Source of the DNA: the human T2T-CHM13v2.0 reference genome, Homo sapiens | Assembly (NCBI RefSeq): GCF_009914755.1 | Contig: NC_060945.1 | Reading direction: 5' to 3' (one strand) | Length of the DNA: 64,000 nt | Shown here: one piece after another, positions 13,105 to 27,750 of the stretch | Layout: each line of letters starts with the position of its first letter | Position numbering within the stretch: the stretch's first letter is position 1 | Position numbers and translations under genes: made by a program | Notes under the pieces: model-generated | The model's input: only the letters and a program-made list of their open reading frames with translations | Told to the model about the DNA's origin: nothing | Databases searched by the model: none

Positions 13105-14003
13105 TTATCCAGAGCTGGTTAAATATTTAAGAACCAGCTCTCAAAACTCTATGTGTGTTTATATATAAATTTTACTGATATTAGAATGTATACCAATAAC
13201 TTATAAATAATAATAAAATACACAATGCTATTTATCATAAATTCTATATAGCCAATTGAGTCTTGCTATATTCTAGCTATATGAACATTTTTTCCTGATT
13301 TTTGCTAAATTTGTATATCTGTATCCAGCTTATAGTTGAAATTTGAACATAGTTTTATAAATAAAGTTGCATCCTAATCCCCTAATTTTTTTTTCAAAAA
13401 AATTGTTGTAATTAAATTTGTGGGCTACTTTAAAACTTTCCCATTCTTATGCAAATTATATTCATTAAACTAAAACCTCTTTTAGCTTCAGCACTTGACA
13501 TGGTGCACTTTTAAGTTAAATCTGAATTATTAACATTTCTTCATCACTTTCTTAAGTGATGAAGAAAATGTTTCATTTTGAGGAAAAGGATTGTTTTGCT
13601 CGACAATCACATGAACCTCTGTTAGCGTTTATAGATGTAGATTTACAAGGGGTAAATATTCCCATGATTGCCAGTTACCATTTACTAACATAATGTCACT
13701 CAGTGCAGTTAAAAGAGATGCACAGTAGCACATCATTGTATGACATTTTTAGTATATGGATATAGTAGATGTAAAACTGTAAGGCATAGGTAATAGTAAA
13801 ATACAGGGAAATAATTAGTTTTACTATTATATTTACTATGTATTTTTAATATTTACTTTTATTTTAATATAAGATATTTAATTGTAAGTTTGTGTAATTC
13901 AATTTTTTCATAATGGCTGTGTTTAACAATAGGCTTGCAACATTCCTGAAAATTTAACAGTTGGCTCTTGTGAGCCAATACAAACTTGCTCCAGAACATT
14001 ATT
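13105..14003 (-). mobile_element. MER63 (hAT-Blackjack) non-autonomous DNA transposon
   Basis: Reverse complement reads ...GGCTCACAAGAGCCAACTGTTAAATTTTCAGGAATGTTGCAAGCCTATTGTTAAACACAGCCATTA, like the MER63 5' end; the other terminus is GCTGGTTAAATATTTAAGAACCAGCTCT. Confidence 0.75.
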
Positions 14004-14054
14004 GGCCTAATCTGAAGAGGCTTATTTAATCTGAAGAGGCTTATAAATAAAAAT

Positions 14055-15090
14055 GCCCCACTTCCAAGCACCTCCATCACTACCACTCCATCCAGGCTAC
14101 TGGCCTTCCTTTCTAGAATTATGGCTTAGCCTCCACTCTGTCCTTCTGGCTCGCACTTTGGCCCATTGGTCCACTTCCCACACTACAGACAGAGTGATCC
14201 TTTTAATGGATATACTGGATCATAGCACTTTTCTTTTCTTTTCTTTTCTTTTCTTTTCTTTTCTTTTCTTTTCTTTTCGAGACAGAGTCTTACTCTCTTG
14301 CCCAGGGTGGAGTGCAGTGGCACAATCACAGCTCACTGCAGCCTCGACTCCAGTGATCCTCCCACCTCAGCCTCCTGGGTAGTTGGGACTATAGCCACGT
14401 GACACCATGCCTGGCTAATTTTTTTGTTTTTGCAGGGATAGGGTTTCACCATGTTGCCCAAACTAGTCTTGAACTCTTGGGCTCAAGAGATCCACCCCCC
14501 TGGGCCTCCCAAATTTCTTGGATTACAGGCATGAGCCACTGAGCCCAGCCTCCTTTTATCAAAGTTCTTTATTGTCTTCCTTTCTTACTCAGAATTGAAC
14601 TCAACATTCTTGTCATCATTGCCTCTTTGACATAGCTCTAATGACCTCTGCATTCTGTTTCCTACTAATTCCCCACCATTTTGCTCTCATCTCTTTTGCC
14701 TTCTTGGGATTCTTCTCACACATCAGAGAACCTGCCTCAGTGCATTTTGTACTTTGCTTTCTTGGCCTGGCATGCAGGGACCTCCAACTTGCACACTCCT
14801 TAAATTGCCTGCTCTCCAACCTAATGTTACTTTCTCAAAGAGACCTCCCTGCCTATCCAAGTCAGAGCACACTCAAAAACTCTAGACTGCCTGTTTTCTT
14901 TCCCCATACTCTACATCTCATTGCTCTTCATAGCATGGTTCAGAACCTACCATGTTAATTTTCCATCTCCCCAACAAGAACATAGATTTCATGAAAGAAA
15001 GGACTTTGCTTTATTCATCGTGGATCTCCAGAGCCTAAAAAACTATCTGACATAGATAACTGATAAATATTCATTAAATTCATGCATGGA
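14055..15090 (+). mobile_element. L2 3' fragment interrupted by an AluJ
   Basis: CACTACAGACAGAGTGATCCTTTTAA, and the 3' end GGACTTTGCTTTATTCA...GATAAATATTCATTAAAT. Confidence 0.65.
14229..14550 (-). mobile_element. AluJ SINE with (CTTTT)n tail
   Basis: Antisense Alu with ACAATCACAGCTCACTGCAGCCTCGAC and GGGCTCAAG; tail expanded into a pentanucleotide repeat. Confidence 0.9.
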
Positions 15091-15466
15091 TCCTTATTAG
15101 AATTGACTCTGAACTGTGTTCACTTTAGGTGAATTCCATCACTGTTTCTCTCAGCATGAGGGTGGTTCAGTGGCAAGAAGGTGTCAAGTCCAACTCATAA
15201 AGTGAGGCTGTGTTCATTCAGAGGGGTACCGCTTTCTAATTCTCACAAAGGCACAATATGAGCTGGTGACAGTCCTAATTTCATCCTATTGACAGATATA
15301 ATTTTATGTCTTTAATGTCTTCCTCATTGCACCCCAAATCTTCTAGTGGCTTGGAACAACTTATATATGCTATTCTCTTCTCTTGGGGACACATGGATAT
15401 GACTAAGTAACCATATCATACTTGTATGCAGGGTGAGTCTGTGTGTAACCAAAAGTTGAAAACATC

Positions 15467-15716
15467 GGCTGGGCACGGTTGCTCAGGACTGTAATCCCAG
15501 CACTTTGGGAGGTCGAGGCGGGTGGATCACCTAAGGTCAAGAGTTTGAGACCAGCCTGACCAATATGGCAAAACCCCGTCTCTATTAAAATTACAAAAAT
15601 TAGCCGGGCATGGTAGCATGCACCTGTAGTCCCAGCTACTTGGGAGGCTGATCGCGCCACTGCACTCCAGCCTGGGCGACAGAGTGAGACTCCGTCTCAA
15701 AAAAAAAAAAAAAAAA
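15467..15716 (+). mobile_element. AluS SINE with right-arm internal deletion
   Basis: GGCTGGGCACGG start; jumps GGGAGGCTGA|TCGCGCCAC; poly(A); TSD TTGAAAACAT. Confidence 0.92.
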
Positions 15717-16052
15717 TTGAAAACATATTTGAAGAGATTGGTACATTGCCAATACTAAAGAAAAGGGAATAAGTGAAAGAAGTTAAGCAAGGTCATAACA
15801 TATAAAGAATATTAAGTGAAATATAAAAAGAAATCAAGTCAAATGTTTTTCCCTAGCACGACCCCAAGACAAAATTAGGTCTAAAGACATAGAAAGCAAT
15901 TAAAACTCATTGTAGTGACTGTGCTCATAGAATATTTGTAAACAGCCTATTTCCTTTAGGCCTCAGTTTCATTACCTGTGAAGCAGGCATTGTAGTATTG
16001 ATCTCCTCAGAAAGAGTTATAAAAATCAGATACTGTCTGAAAACTGGTATTG

Positions 16053-16372
16053 TTATTATGATTATGATTATGATTATTTTTGAGATAGAGTTTCTCTTTG
16101 CTGCCTAGGCTGGAGTGCAGTGGTACAATCACAGCTCACAGCAGCCTCCACTCAACTGGACTCAACTGGACTCAACTGATTCTCCAACTTCAGCCTCCCA
16201 AGTAGCTGGGACCACAGGTGCATGCTACCACCTGGCTAACTTTTTTTATATTTGTAGAGACAAGGTGTCACTATGGTGGCCAGGCTGGTTTGGAACTCCT
16301 GACTTCAAGTGATCCTTCCTCCTCAGCCTCCCAAAGTGCTGGGATTACAGGCATGAGCCACTGTACCTGGCC
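16053..16372 (-). mobile_element. AluJ SINE
   Basis: Antisense Alu; (ATTATG)n tail; TSD CTGAAAA(C/T)T(G/A)GTATT. Confidence 0.9.
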
Positions 16373-16450
16373 CTGAAAATTAGTATTATTAACCTTAAGG
16401 ATATGTTTCATAAATTCATTTAAATATTTATTAAGTGGGCATTTTTATGA

Positions 16451-16822
<372 letters not shown>

Positions 16823-18824
16823 CGACATTTTCATTATTAACAATTATTTCTTAAAGATCACTTAAGAAAATGTGAGTTTTTTTTCAGAGAATAAGTATGT
16901 TCATACTTCTAGATGTATTCTCCATTTATGTTTTACCCACAATATGAAAGTCACCTATGCTTAACAATTTCCAAAGACAGCTTGATGTTTCCAAGAAGTC
17001 CCCTTTTAAGTGTGGCCTGTAAGACCTTGCCCAGGTGGCTTATCTGATGGTCTTGGCGAGACTCTGGCCTGGGCAGTAATTCTGGCTCTAACATTTCTGC
17101 TTGAAGCACAAAGAAACTGTAGGCTCATTTCCCAGAGGATGGGGGAAGTTGTAGCTCTAACTGTTTAAAATTGGATTTTATTGGGTAATGTTTCAAAGCG
17201 CTCACTTTGCATTTCTGCTTACAAAGCTGAACATTCAGCCAAAATATTGGAAAGGAAATACTCAGGCAGAATGAAACGACTGAGGAGGCTTGAAAAGTGG
17301 GGAGCCGAGCCAAGAATGACAAAATAAAAGGGGCACATTCCAGAAGGAGACGTGAAAGAGAAAACTGTTTTTAGCACATCAGTTAGAGCCTTCTTTTCCC
17401 ACATCCATATCCAAACCTTGGGAATAACTAATGTTTTAGTTGGGTTTTTAGCTTTTCTTCTCATATACTCACTTCAAATCTCATGCTAACACATTAAAGA
17501 AGGCTTTGCCGGCCCATCTGGGGCAACCCAAGCCTTTAATTCAAGTTGGCTTTTACCATTTCATGGCAGGTGCCAAGGATGGAGGTCACGTGAAGGTTTT
17601 CTACCCTCCACTCTGGAAACATGAAATAAAATTACTTTAGCATTGATGCAATGAACAAATATTCCTGTCAGATGCGATCACCATCTGAGACACAAGTCTG
17701 GGAAGTATTTTACATCCCATAACATGACTTTGAGGGTGAGCACATGTATTTGTTTATCTCCCATGAAGGCAACTTTATTTATACGCTATTGATTTTTTTG
17801 TGAACTATTCTGCTCCTTGAAAAACTCCATTTATTTGATTATAGGAAGCAAATCTCCCCCACACTACCAGAGTGGATTATTTAGAAATGGCTGAGAGCAA
17901 CCATAGAGACAGCTCAAGAAGCTAGTCTACAAAGGCAGGTCAGGAGGCAGCACAGAACTGAATGGAAGTGCGTTGCACTGGGCAGACAGAGAGGTTTGGA
18001 TGAACTGACTTCAGTGAGGTTTCCCACCTGGGAAATTTTGCTGATAGTGACTCACTTGTGCTCCTAATTCTCCCACCTTATCTGTTTGTGTGGGGTGTGT
18101 ATATGTGTGCTCATGAACACTCATATGTGTATATGCATGCATTTCTCTTATAAAGCCATCTTTAATAATTACAACCATCTTCCCACCTTTGAGAAGATTC
18201 CAAACTACATTCAGAAGAAGCAAACAGTTTTTGAGGTGTTACCTCCATCATACCAAGAGGATGGATTTCAAATCTTTTTGCAGTCACTTGGAGAGAGTTG
18301 ACTTCTTTTGCAAGTCTCTTGCATTGTTAAATATCCCACAGAAATGAAACTTGAAAGGGTAAAAGCAGAAATGATCCTTTGTGCTTAAGACACTGAAGAA
18401 AATAAATTGTATGGAAACAATAAATGATTAATTTGAAAACAAAGCAACGACTTTTTCTTTTTCTCTCAGATATGGTAGCATCTCCAAGTGGTTTCTGTGG
18501 AGGAACTATATTTCAGAGAATATGAATTCACAGACTGTACAAGGTGATTATTTTTAACGCATCTATCTATCTTGAATTATCATAAAGTCATAGAATGTAA
18601 AAGGAACTTGATTATCTAGTAAAGTTCTTATTCTTTATTTTGCTTCTTTTAGAAACAAAAACCACTTGTCATTTACTAAAATATCTTCAGATAAAGAAAC
18701 TAGATATTGCTCTTGGAAACAATAATGCAGCCTTTTGTAATGTCTTCAAGTCAGTACACATTTATTGCGAAATTAAACTGTGCTGGGGACACAAAAATCA
18801 AATTAGACATTTTCTTATTTATGT

Positions 18825-19400
18825 ATGCATTCATTTAAAATATTTATTGGCTGTCTACAATGTGCCAGAATGGTTTTGAGGCAATAGGGGTACAGGAGTG
18901 AAAAAGGTAGACCTAGTTGCTGCCTTCATGAAAATTGTAGTACATTGGAGAAAAAGGACATTAAAAATATAATATAATGACAGGCAGTGAAAAGTGCTGT
19001 GATTACAAATAAAGCGGAATGAGGGGGTTAAGAGTGATGGAGACAGACTCCTATTTTAGATAGGATGGTCCAGGTAGGTCTCTCTGGCAAGATGACATTT
19101 AAACAGAGATCTGAATGTGATGAGAAACAGAAGACATTCTAGGGAGAGGAAACGGAATAAGGGAGGGGGAGAGACCAAGGATAGTTCCCATAACCAGTGG
19201 TTCTGTGTGGATAGAAGTTGAAGTCATGCAAAATTACAGAAGTAGAGACAGGAAAGGGATGTGGGAGAATATTTGTAGGGCTTGTAAACTGCACTGAAGA
19301 GTTTAGATTTTTCCTAAAATCCAAAAGGCAGTGTAGAATTGAAGAAGTCTAGGGAGAGATAAGACCAAGCCAGGGCAGTTAGCTGGTTACTCTGACAGTA
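18825..19400 (-). mobile_element. L2 fragment
   Basis: CATTCATTTAAAATATTTATTGG...ATGTGCCAG...GATGACATTTAAACAGAGATCTGAATG. Confidence 0.75.
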
Positions 19401-19970
19401 GTATGAAGATTAGGAAGAGTAAAGGAACATCGTGCATTCATTTTATATGGTACAAAGCAGAGGTCTTCAGACATTTTTGTTCTTTTCTCCCCAAAAAAGT
19501 AATTTTGAACAATATGTAAACAAATTTTATAGTGATTTTAAATACTGCCAAATATATAATTTCCAACATCCTCAAAATATTGGCATTTAAAAGTAATTAT
19601 TTTACTCAATTAAAATATGCAGTAGAATATAAACGCCAGTGTGATTTGATTTCCACCAACATCCATTTAAAAATACACACTAAGTTGTTTTTCACTCTTT
19701 TTATATTATCACCTTTCTCTTTGAACTTCTTCCACCATAATTTTACCATAAAGTGTTTTTATGATTTGGAGATGTTTTATAGATAACTGTCATATGTTGT
19801 GCAACACACATGCACATGCACACACATGCACACACATACACAAACACACTGTTTATAATATGCATTAATTTTAGTTTTCTGTGACCAAAATGATTTCAAT
19901 TGAAAAAACTTCTTCTGGATTAAGTGACTATTACATTGTTTATTAGTACACGATTCATCAAGCAACATAA

Positions 19971-20359
<389 letters not shown>

Positions 20360-22449
20360 TATTAATTAACTGAAATCCTCACAACCACCCCATGAGGCAG
20401 CTCAGAAATCTTGTTCAGAGAAATAAGGAGGTGGGAATGGAGAGACTTCTGCCAGAGCAATGTCTTTGAAACTCTTCAGTGCCACATGCCAAAATCAAAC
20501 AGCAAACTGTCATCAAAGAGTATCTTTAACAATCTATTAGCCAATTCAATTAGTTACTCCTTTAATGTTTGATAGGAAAATATTTGAAAGTGCTCAACCT
20601 GCTAAAAGATTTGTTACATGGGAACCATGGTTACCAATCACAGGGGAGTCATTATACCCGTGACAAGGCACTGCAGACGACTCAGGGGGTTGAGAGGTTG
20701 GCCTTTTCTTTGCTAAGGGAGGGAAGGGCAATTCACCAAGTAGATAGCTGAAATATTCTACTTTCTCAAGAAGATAGATTTTAGGGAAGATGACTACGGA
20801 AGCTGAAGATGTAGAAACCAACTCCCTTAAACACCTTACTGCTCTTGTTTCTCTCAGAAAGCCTTTCTGTACTACCAGGGCGATGTGTACTCAATCCTCA
20901 GACACCTGGTTAATCCCAGTCTCTTCCATTGCCCCTTTGCCAGGGCCTTCTTGGAAGGCTTACTCAATGTTCCTCCAAACTATCCTTTCTGGTGCTTTTC
21001 TTGTCCTTAAGACAATTTGCAACCTTTTAAAACTTTGCTCTGCACAATTTAGGCAATTGAGTTCCTAGGACATTAAATGGCTCTCTCATGCCATGACTTG
21101 AAACTGGAGACCTGATTTTTATTATATTGATCAGCTCTTTTAATGATGTTCAATCATTGACAGGTTAATTTATGTTTTTTTTAAATTAGAACATCAATAC
21201 ATTTTTTTTGTCACTGCAAAACAGCAATCGTCACATTTTAAAAGGGAACAAACTGTGAGTAAATGTGGGTGATGGTGGGGGGCATTTCTGAAATCATTGT
21301 GAATGTAGCTGCTATTTAGTATCTTATCAGCCAAGAAGCAAATTTTTAAAAATTGCAATAAAGAAAACAGACTTTCCTGTTTCTACCTTTGGAATTCTAG
21401 AACCATTTCAAAATCATATTGATAAAAAATAACTTATTTAAATTTCAACAGCCTACATTCCTACTAGAAGACACATATTTCTTGAAGGATACATCTTGAT
21501 ATATGAATTTATATATAGAAGGTTTCAGAGCTTGCTGGTTGAATGATCTGTTGGAACATGACCATTTTTATTAAACTGCCATATTTTAAGTTATCCAACA
21601 GTTATGTTTATAGTGTAAAATCTCATTGGGGACTTTACATGTTTCCACAGGTCGAGTGGTAGAAAATTGATTGCCGTTGTTTCATTTGACAAATTCTTGG
21701 ATCTTTACATATTTTCTTGCATTTACTCATCACTAGGAAATGGACTGTTGTTACTTGCCAGGCCTTTGCTGAGAGAAGGAAACAGAGTCCTTTTGAAAGC
21801 TCTGGGTGATGTTTGTGAATATTTAATCATGGAGAAGGTACAATGGCCTCATTTACAGTGATACATCAAAATTAATTTCATGGTATTTTGTCAAGGAAAG
21901 ACTCTTAACCATATGCCTTCAAATAAAAATAAATTAGTTGCAAAACTCTGACAAGGAATTTATCTAATTCTGCAAAGTCTTTGGATGCAAGATTTCCTTA
22001 AACAAAAATAGAATCATTCATGCAAACATGATTGAGTTCAATTTATTTCTGTTGTTCAAAAGGAATCAGAAAAAAAAGCATTTCTGTCTTCTGATGCTTC
22101 CAAACTCAAACTGAGTGTCTTTAATTGAGTCTCATGTTTTTATTAGAAATACATTAAATGCAAAATTAAGTAGAAAGAGAGAGAACCACACAAACATAGA
22201 AGGATGTTAAATACTTGGATTGGAGACAAAGTGAGCAGATCCTTCAAGTACAACATCCATTTCCTGGACCCAGAACAACACTGTATATTACTGAGTCACT
22301 CAACCCATCTTTAAAGGCAATCTCAGAGAAAAGAGCCTAGCTCCGTCTGAACTCACGGAACATTAATCAATGCTGAATAATAAACCTCACTGCGTGGTTC
22401 AGTAAACATATGGACTAAAAGTGGTTTCATGGATGAATTTCTTGTACAC

Positions 22450-22930
22450 ATTTTATTTTTTGCCATGTGATGTTTTAAAATCATGTATACAGTCAAATTT
22501 ATCAGTTTTTGAAATTGTACTTGGATTTTCTTGAACTTAGATTCTAAAGAAATTTACTCACGGTTTCTTCTAGTACTTGTATGGTTTCATGTTTTGCACA
22601 TTTGGAGTGTATTTTATGAACATAGTGAATCTGAGGTTACATTTTTCCAAATAGCTATCCAGTTTCCTCCACACCATTTATTAAAAAGAACATTTTTTTC
22701 TCATTGCTTTGAGATGGCACCTTAATTGCTTCTAAATTTCCACAAACAGGCTTGAGTCTGTTTCTGCGTATTCTATGCTGTTTCTCTGGTATGTCTGTCT
22801 AGGTATGCTCTAGTATCACTGTTTTAATTATAGAGCCTTTACAGGATGGTTTCACGCTGGATGGGGCTAGTCCCTTCCTCACTTCTTTTTTTTTTTCAAG
22901 GTGTTCTTAGATATTTCTGCATGTTTCTTT
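22450..22930 (-). mobile_element. Old L1M ORF2/3' fragment
   Basis: ATCCAGTTTCCTCCACACCATTTATTAAAAAG...CTGTTTTAATTATAGAGCC, antisense L1 signature. Confidence 0.75.
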
Positions 22931-22984
22931 AGGAGGATTCAATCATAGGGGTAAAGTATCAGAATTTCTGTACCTAACTCCCAA

Positions 22985-23140
22985 ATAAATACATGTAAAT
23001 GTATACATACAGAGAGAGATGAAGCAAATGTGGCAGAATGGTGTCAAGTGATGGCTCACTGAAGGGCATATGGGTGTTTATAGAATTCTTGCAACTTTTC
23101 TCATGCTTTAAAAAATTTCAAAATAAAATGTTGGGAGAAA
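22985..23140 (+). mobile_element. L1MC/ME 3' end
   Basis: GAAGCAAATGTGGCAGAATG...ATTCTTGCAACTTTTCT...TTTCAAAATAAAA. Confidence 0.65.
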
Positions 23141-23257
23141 ATCAAAGAAAAAAGTTGGAGAGAAGTTAAAGTGGTTACCATTTATGCTTTGGAAGAGGGT
23201 GGACAGACATGGGAGTGGGAAAGTGGCTCTTCAGCGTGTACTTTAAAATAATATTTA

Positions 23258-23576
<319 letters not shown>

Positions 23577-23747
23577 TTATTTTGAGCAATCTAAATGTAT
23601 CAGTGATTCAAAGGAAAACATAAATCAAGTGAAAATTAATATAATTACCTCAAAATATGGAAGCTATGAAATGAATTTCAGGCTAATATCAAATTTGGCC
23701 AGTGTTAGAATTGGGAAATTTAAACGGTGTCATAAAATTCTTGAGGA

Positions 23748-23973
23748 ATAACACACACTGGGACCTTTCACTGGACAGAGGGTGGTAGAAGGGAGAAGAT
23801 CAAGAAGAATAACTAATGGGTACTAGGCTTACCACCTGGGTGATGAAATAATCTGTACAACAAACCCCCATGACACAAGTTTACCTATGTAATCAACCTG
23901 CACTTGTACCCCTGAACTTAAAATAGAAGTTAAAAAAATAGAAATTCGTGTACATAAGTTATAAGTTATAAAA
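23748..23973 (+). mobile_element. Short 5'-truncated L1PA (older subfamily) 3' end with 16-bp TSD
   Basis: CTGGGTGATGAAATAATCTGTACAACAAACCCCCATGACACAAGTTTACCTATGT...CCCCTGAACTTAAAA; exact TSD ATAAAATTCTTGAGGA at 23732-23747 and 23974-23989. Confidence 0.9.
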
Positions 23974-24619
23974 ATAAAATTCTTGAGGATGGATGAGCCA
24001 AGGGAGTTCTTCTGGGGGTCTGCCTCTTCCTGGTCCAGGGACCTACTGGTTGAGAGGAGCTGGGAGCCAGGTGGCATCTCACTCCCAGAGGAGGCATCCC
24101 TGGAAACTTAGAAAACTTTTTCATCTAGAGATGACAATTCTGACTCCTTTTCCCACTTTCATCCTTCTCTTTCCCACTCTCTAGAGATTTCTGTATTTAT
24201 TAAAGGCCAACCAACTTCCATCAGGTGGAGTCCTGTGTACCATGTGTCCTTGTGGTGGAGTTGACGCATGCATATGCACATTTGCACACCTCCAACATCA
24301 CTTCTGTCTTTGTTCCACTTTTCAAAGCAGACATTCTGAGGAGAGGGGGCAAGAAATCCTTCCTAGTTGTCAAGCTAGCTGGCACTACTGCTCTCTCTCA
24401 GCTAGGTTTTTTTTTTTTTTTCCTCCCTGGAATTCTATTGTCTTGCTTCTTATTCTTCATCTGATTACAGCTCTCCTTCATTCAGGTCTCAGGATAGACT
24501 TCACTTGTTCTGAAAATTTGGTCTATATTTTTCAAGATCTTGTTATCTGTTCTTTCCATGTACTCCTATAGTCCTTGGGATAAGGACAGCATAGGACATT
24601 TTGTGGTGTGTTGTAATTA

Positions 24620-25435
24620 CCTAATGATGCCTAACATTTACTGAGCACTCACTATATGCTCAGGGCTTAAATGTACTATTTGATTTCCACATCAATCCCA
24701 TGAGGTAGGAGACACTTTGACCTGTATTTTACAGAAGAGGAAAGTCGGCTTAGAGAAACGTAGTCACTTGTTGTGACGGGCAGTCTTTAGGGTGGCCTCC
24801 AATGATCCCCACCTTCTGGCATTCACAGTCTTGTGTAGTCCCCTTCCCTTGAAAGTGGGGCTAGTAACTTTCTCCTAGACAACAGAATACAGAGAAAGTG
24901 GTTAAATGTCACTTCTGTGATTTGATTATAGAGGACTGTGACATGTATCTTGGTGGCAGAGTCTCTCTAATGCTTTCTGAGCTTGTACCCTTTGATAAAA
25001 CAAGAGAGTATGTTGGAAAGGCTCATATGGCAAGGGACTGGGGGTGCCCTCTGGCTAACTGCAACCGAGATCCTCAGTCCAACGATCCTCAAGACTTGAA
25101 TACTGTCAACAACTGCACGAGTAAACTCAGAAGTAGATGCCTCTGCTGTTGAAACTGCAGATGAGACTTTACTCTTGTGTATGATTGTAGCTTTGTGAGA
25201 GACCTCAAGAAAGAGGGCTCAGTTAAGCTATGCCCAGATTCCTCACTCAGAAACTGTGAGATAATAAATTTGTGTTGTATTAAGCTGCTGCATTTTGGAG
25301 AAAAGGCAGATAACTTTGGGTAACTGATAGATAACTTAGCAATAGATTGCTAGCAATAGACAACTAATACACTTGACTTAGATCCCACAGGTAGAAAGAG
25401 TACAGGGTTAAAATCCAGGGCCTCTGATTCCCTCA
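24620..25435 (-). mobile_element. MIR split by the MLT1F insertion
   Basis: ACATTTACTGAGCAC...TTTTACAGAAGAGGAAAG...GTCACTTG, resuming after the LTR with ...ATCCAGGGCCTCTGATTCC. Confidence 0.7.
24772..25371 (+). mobile_element. MLT1F-type MaLR solo LTR
   Basis: TGTG...GGTGGCCTCCAATGATCCCCACCTTCTGG start, ...ACTAATACA end; 5-bp TSD CTTG(T/A). Confidence 0.85.
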
Positions 25436-25665
25436 ATGAATACTTATGTCATGCTGCCTGGTTACTTACCAATTATTATTATTATTTTCATTTCAAACTT
25501 GTTCTGACTTTAATTCCTGGCATTTAGCCTGAATCTGGTATTTTGTGCGTCCTTGACAGTTATGAAATGAAAAGTGGGTCCAGGAAACACAAAATATTGT
25601 ATGGTAAATTAGCCAATCAAAGCAACATTTTTAAACTTTGTATTTCTTAAAATTGAGAAAAGAGA

Positions 25666-26045
<380 letters not shown>

Positions 26046-27393
26046 TTAGGTTGCATGGTTAATTTTAACATCTCTCTACACTAGAACATGGATTGGGTAC
26101 CACACTTGGGCCCTGATTTGAAATTAATTACTTTATCAAACATTTGTTAAACAACTTTGAAATTTCTGCCTATGTGCCAAGCCCTTGAAACACAAAGCTG
26201 GGTAAAACAGTGTAAGGGCAAGGACAAATACAGATAGTGACATCATTGCATGATCTGATAAGTGATTTAATCACAATTTGAACAAAGAACTGTGGGAATA
26301 AAATACAGAGGATAACCTTCCTTCAGTGGTCTCCCTGTTTCTTTCTCTCTCATTTTCTCTGTCTACACACATGTGCACACTAACACATGTATTGATATCA
26401 TTCCGGCTAATTCAGAAAATCATAAATGTTCACTCAAGAGAGTTAAGATTTTACTCAATGATTGTAATTGTAAAGTGACTATGAGAAAAAGTTCAAGTGA
26501 AAGGACTTGGCTGATCTGAAGTAGGGTGTTATCAATTTTAATGAATCATTGAGCAACAGGTTTAGAGAGGACATTAAAAGAGATGACACACAAATATAAA
26601 CCAGAGAATTGCCAATTGAAGGGAACAACCAGAAATGCAATTTAAAGTGGTGTTCTTTTGATGTTCAAAGTAACTTTTGGTGATTTTTACACACAGAGAA
26701 AAAGAAAACATTTTTTCCCTACTCAAGGTACTGCCATACAAAATAATCAAAAGGAAAAAGTATCACTTTTAGGTAGCCATTTTCTACACCTCAATCAGAT
26801 TAAAGGTCTATTTTTCATCGGTTTACTTAGAGTGAATTTGCACTGCTGCATGGTGTTGTTAGTCTTTGTTGGATACCATAAGGTGTCTCCCAAGAACTTA
26901 GGAATAATGAAAATAAAATTGTTCCCTGAGAGCTAAACTATGAGCCAAACAAATAATAAATAAAAGTAGAGAATCACAGTTACCTTAAATAGACAAAAGA
27001 GCTCCCAGGACTGCAAGACTTGATTGTAACCTGCCTGAATGTATTAGAGTACTAAGAAAGAATATAGTCTCAACTGATGTCTGCACAGCCATGGGAAGAT
27101 AAGGGAAAAGAAAGTCTCAGAGCAATATGGGCATGCCATTTATGCATGGTCCTGGCTAGGGAGTAAGAGCATCCTTTTGAGTAGGATATGTCTAGCTCTT
27201 ACACATCAGATTAATCTCCCAAATCCTTGTTGTGTTCTCTTTACATGATCAGGAAGGAAATCTCCAATTGTGATCTGGCTTCCTGCAGGGGTTAAGGTAA
27301 ACAAGGCAGACCCTGAGAAGAGGCGAAGGCAGAAAGTATCAGTTGGTTGAAGAAAGATAGTATCAGTTTGTTGAAGAAAGAATAGAAAGCATG

Positions 27394-27750
<357 letters not shown>

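Noticed and set aside
14008-14045. Short direct repeats such as the 19-bp TAATCTGAAGAGGCTTAT(T/A) x2 (also ~33960) as possible CRISPR-like arrays
   Set aside because: Only two copies, no unique spacers, primate DNA; simple tandem duplications.
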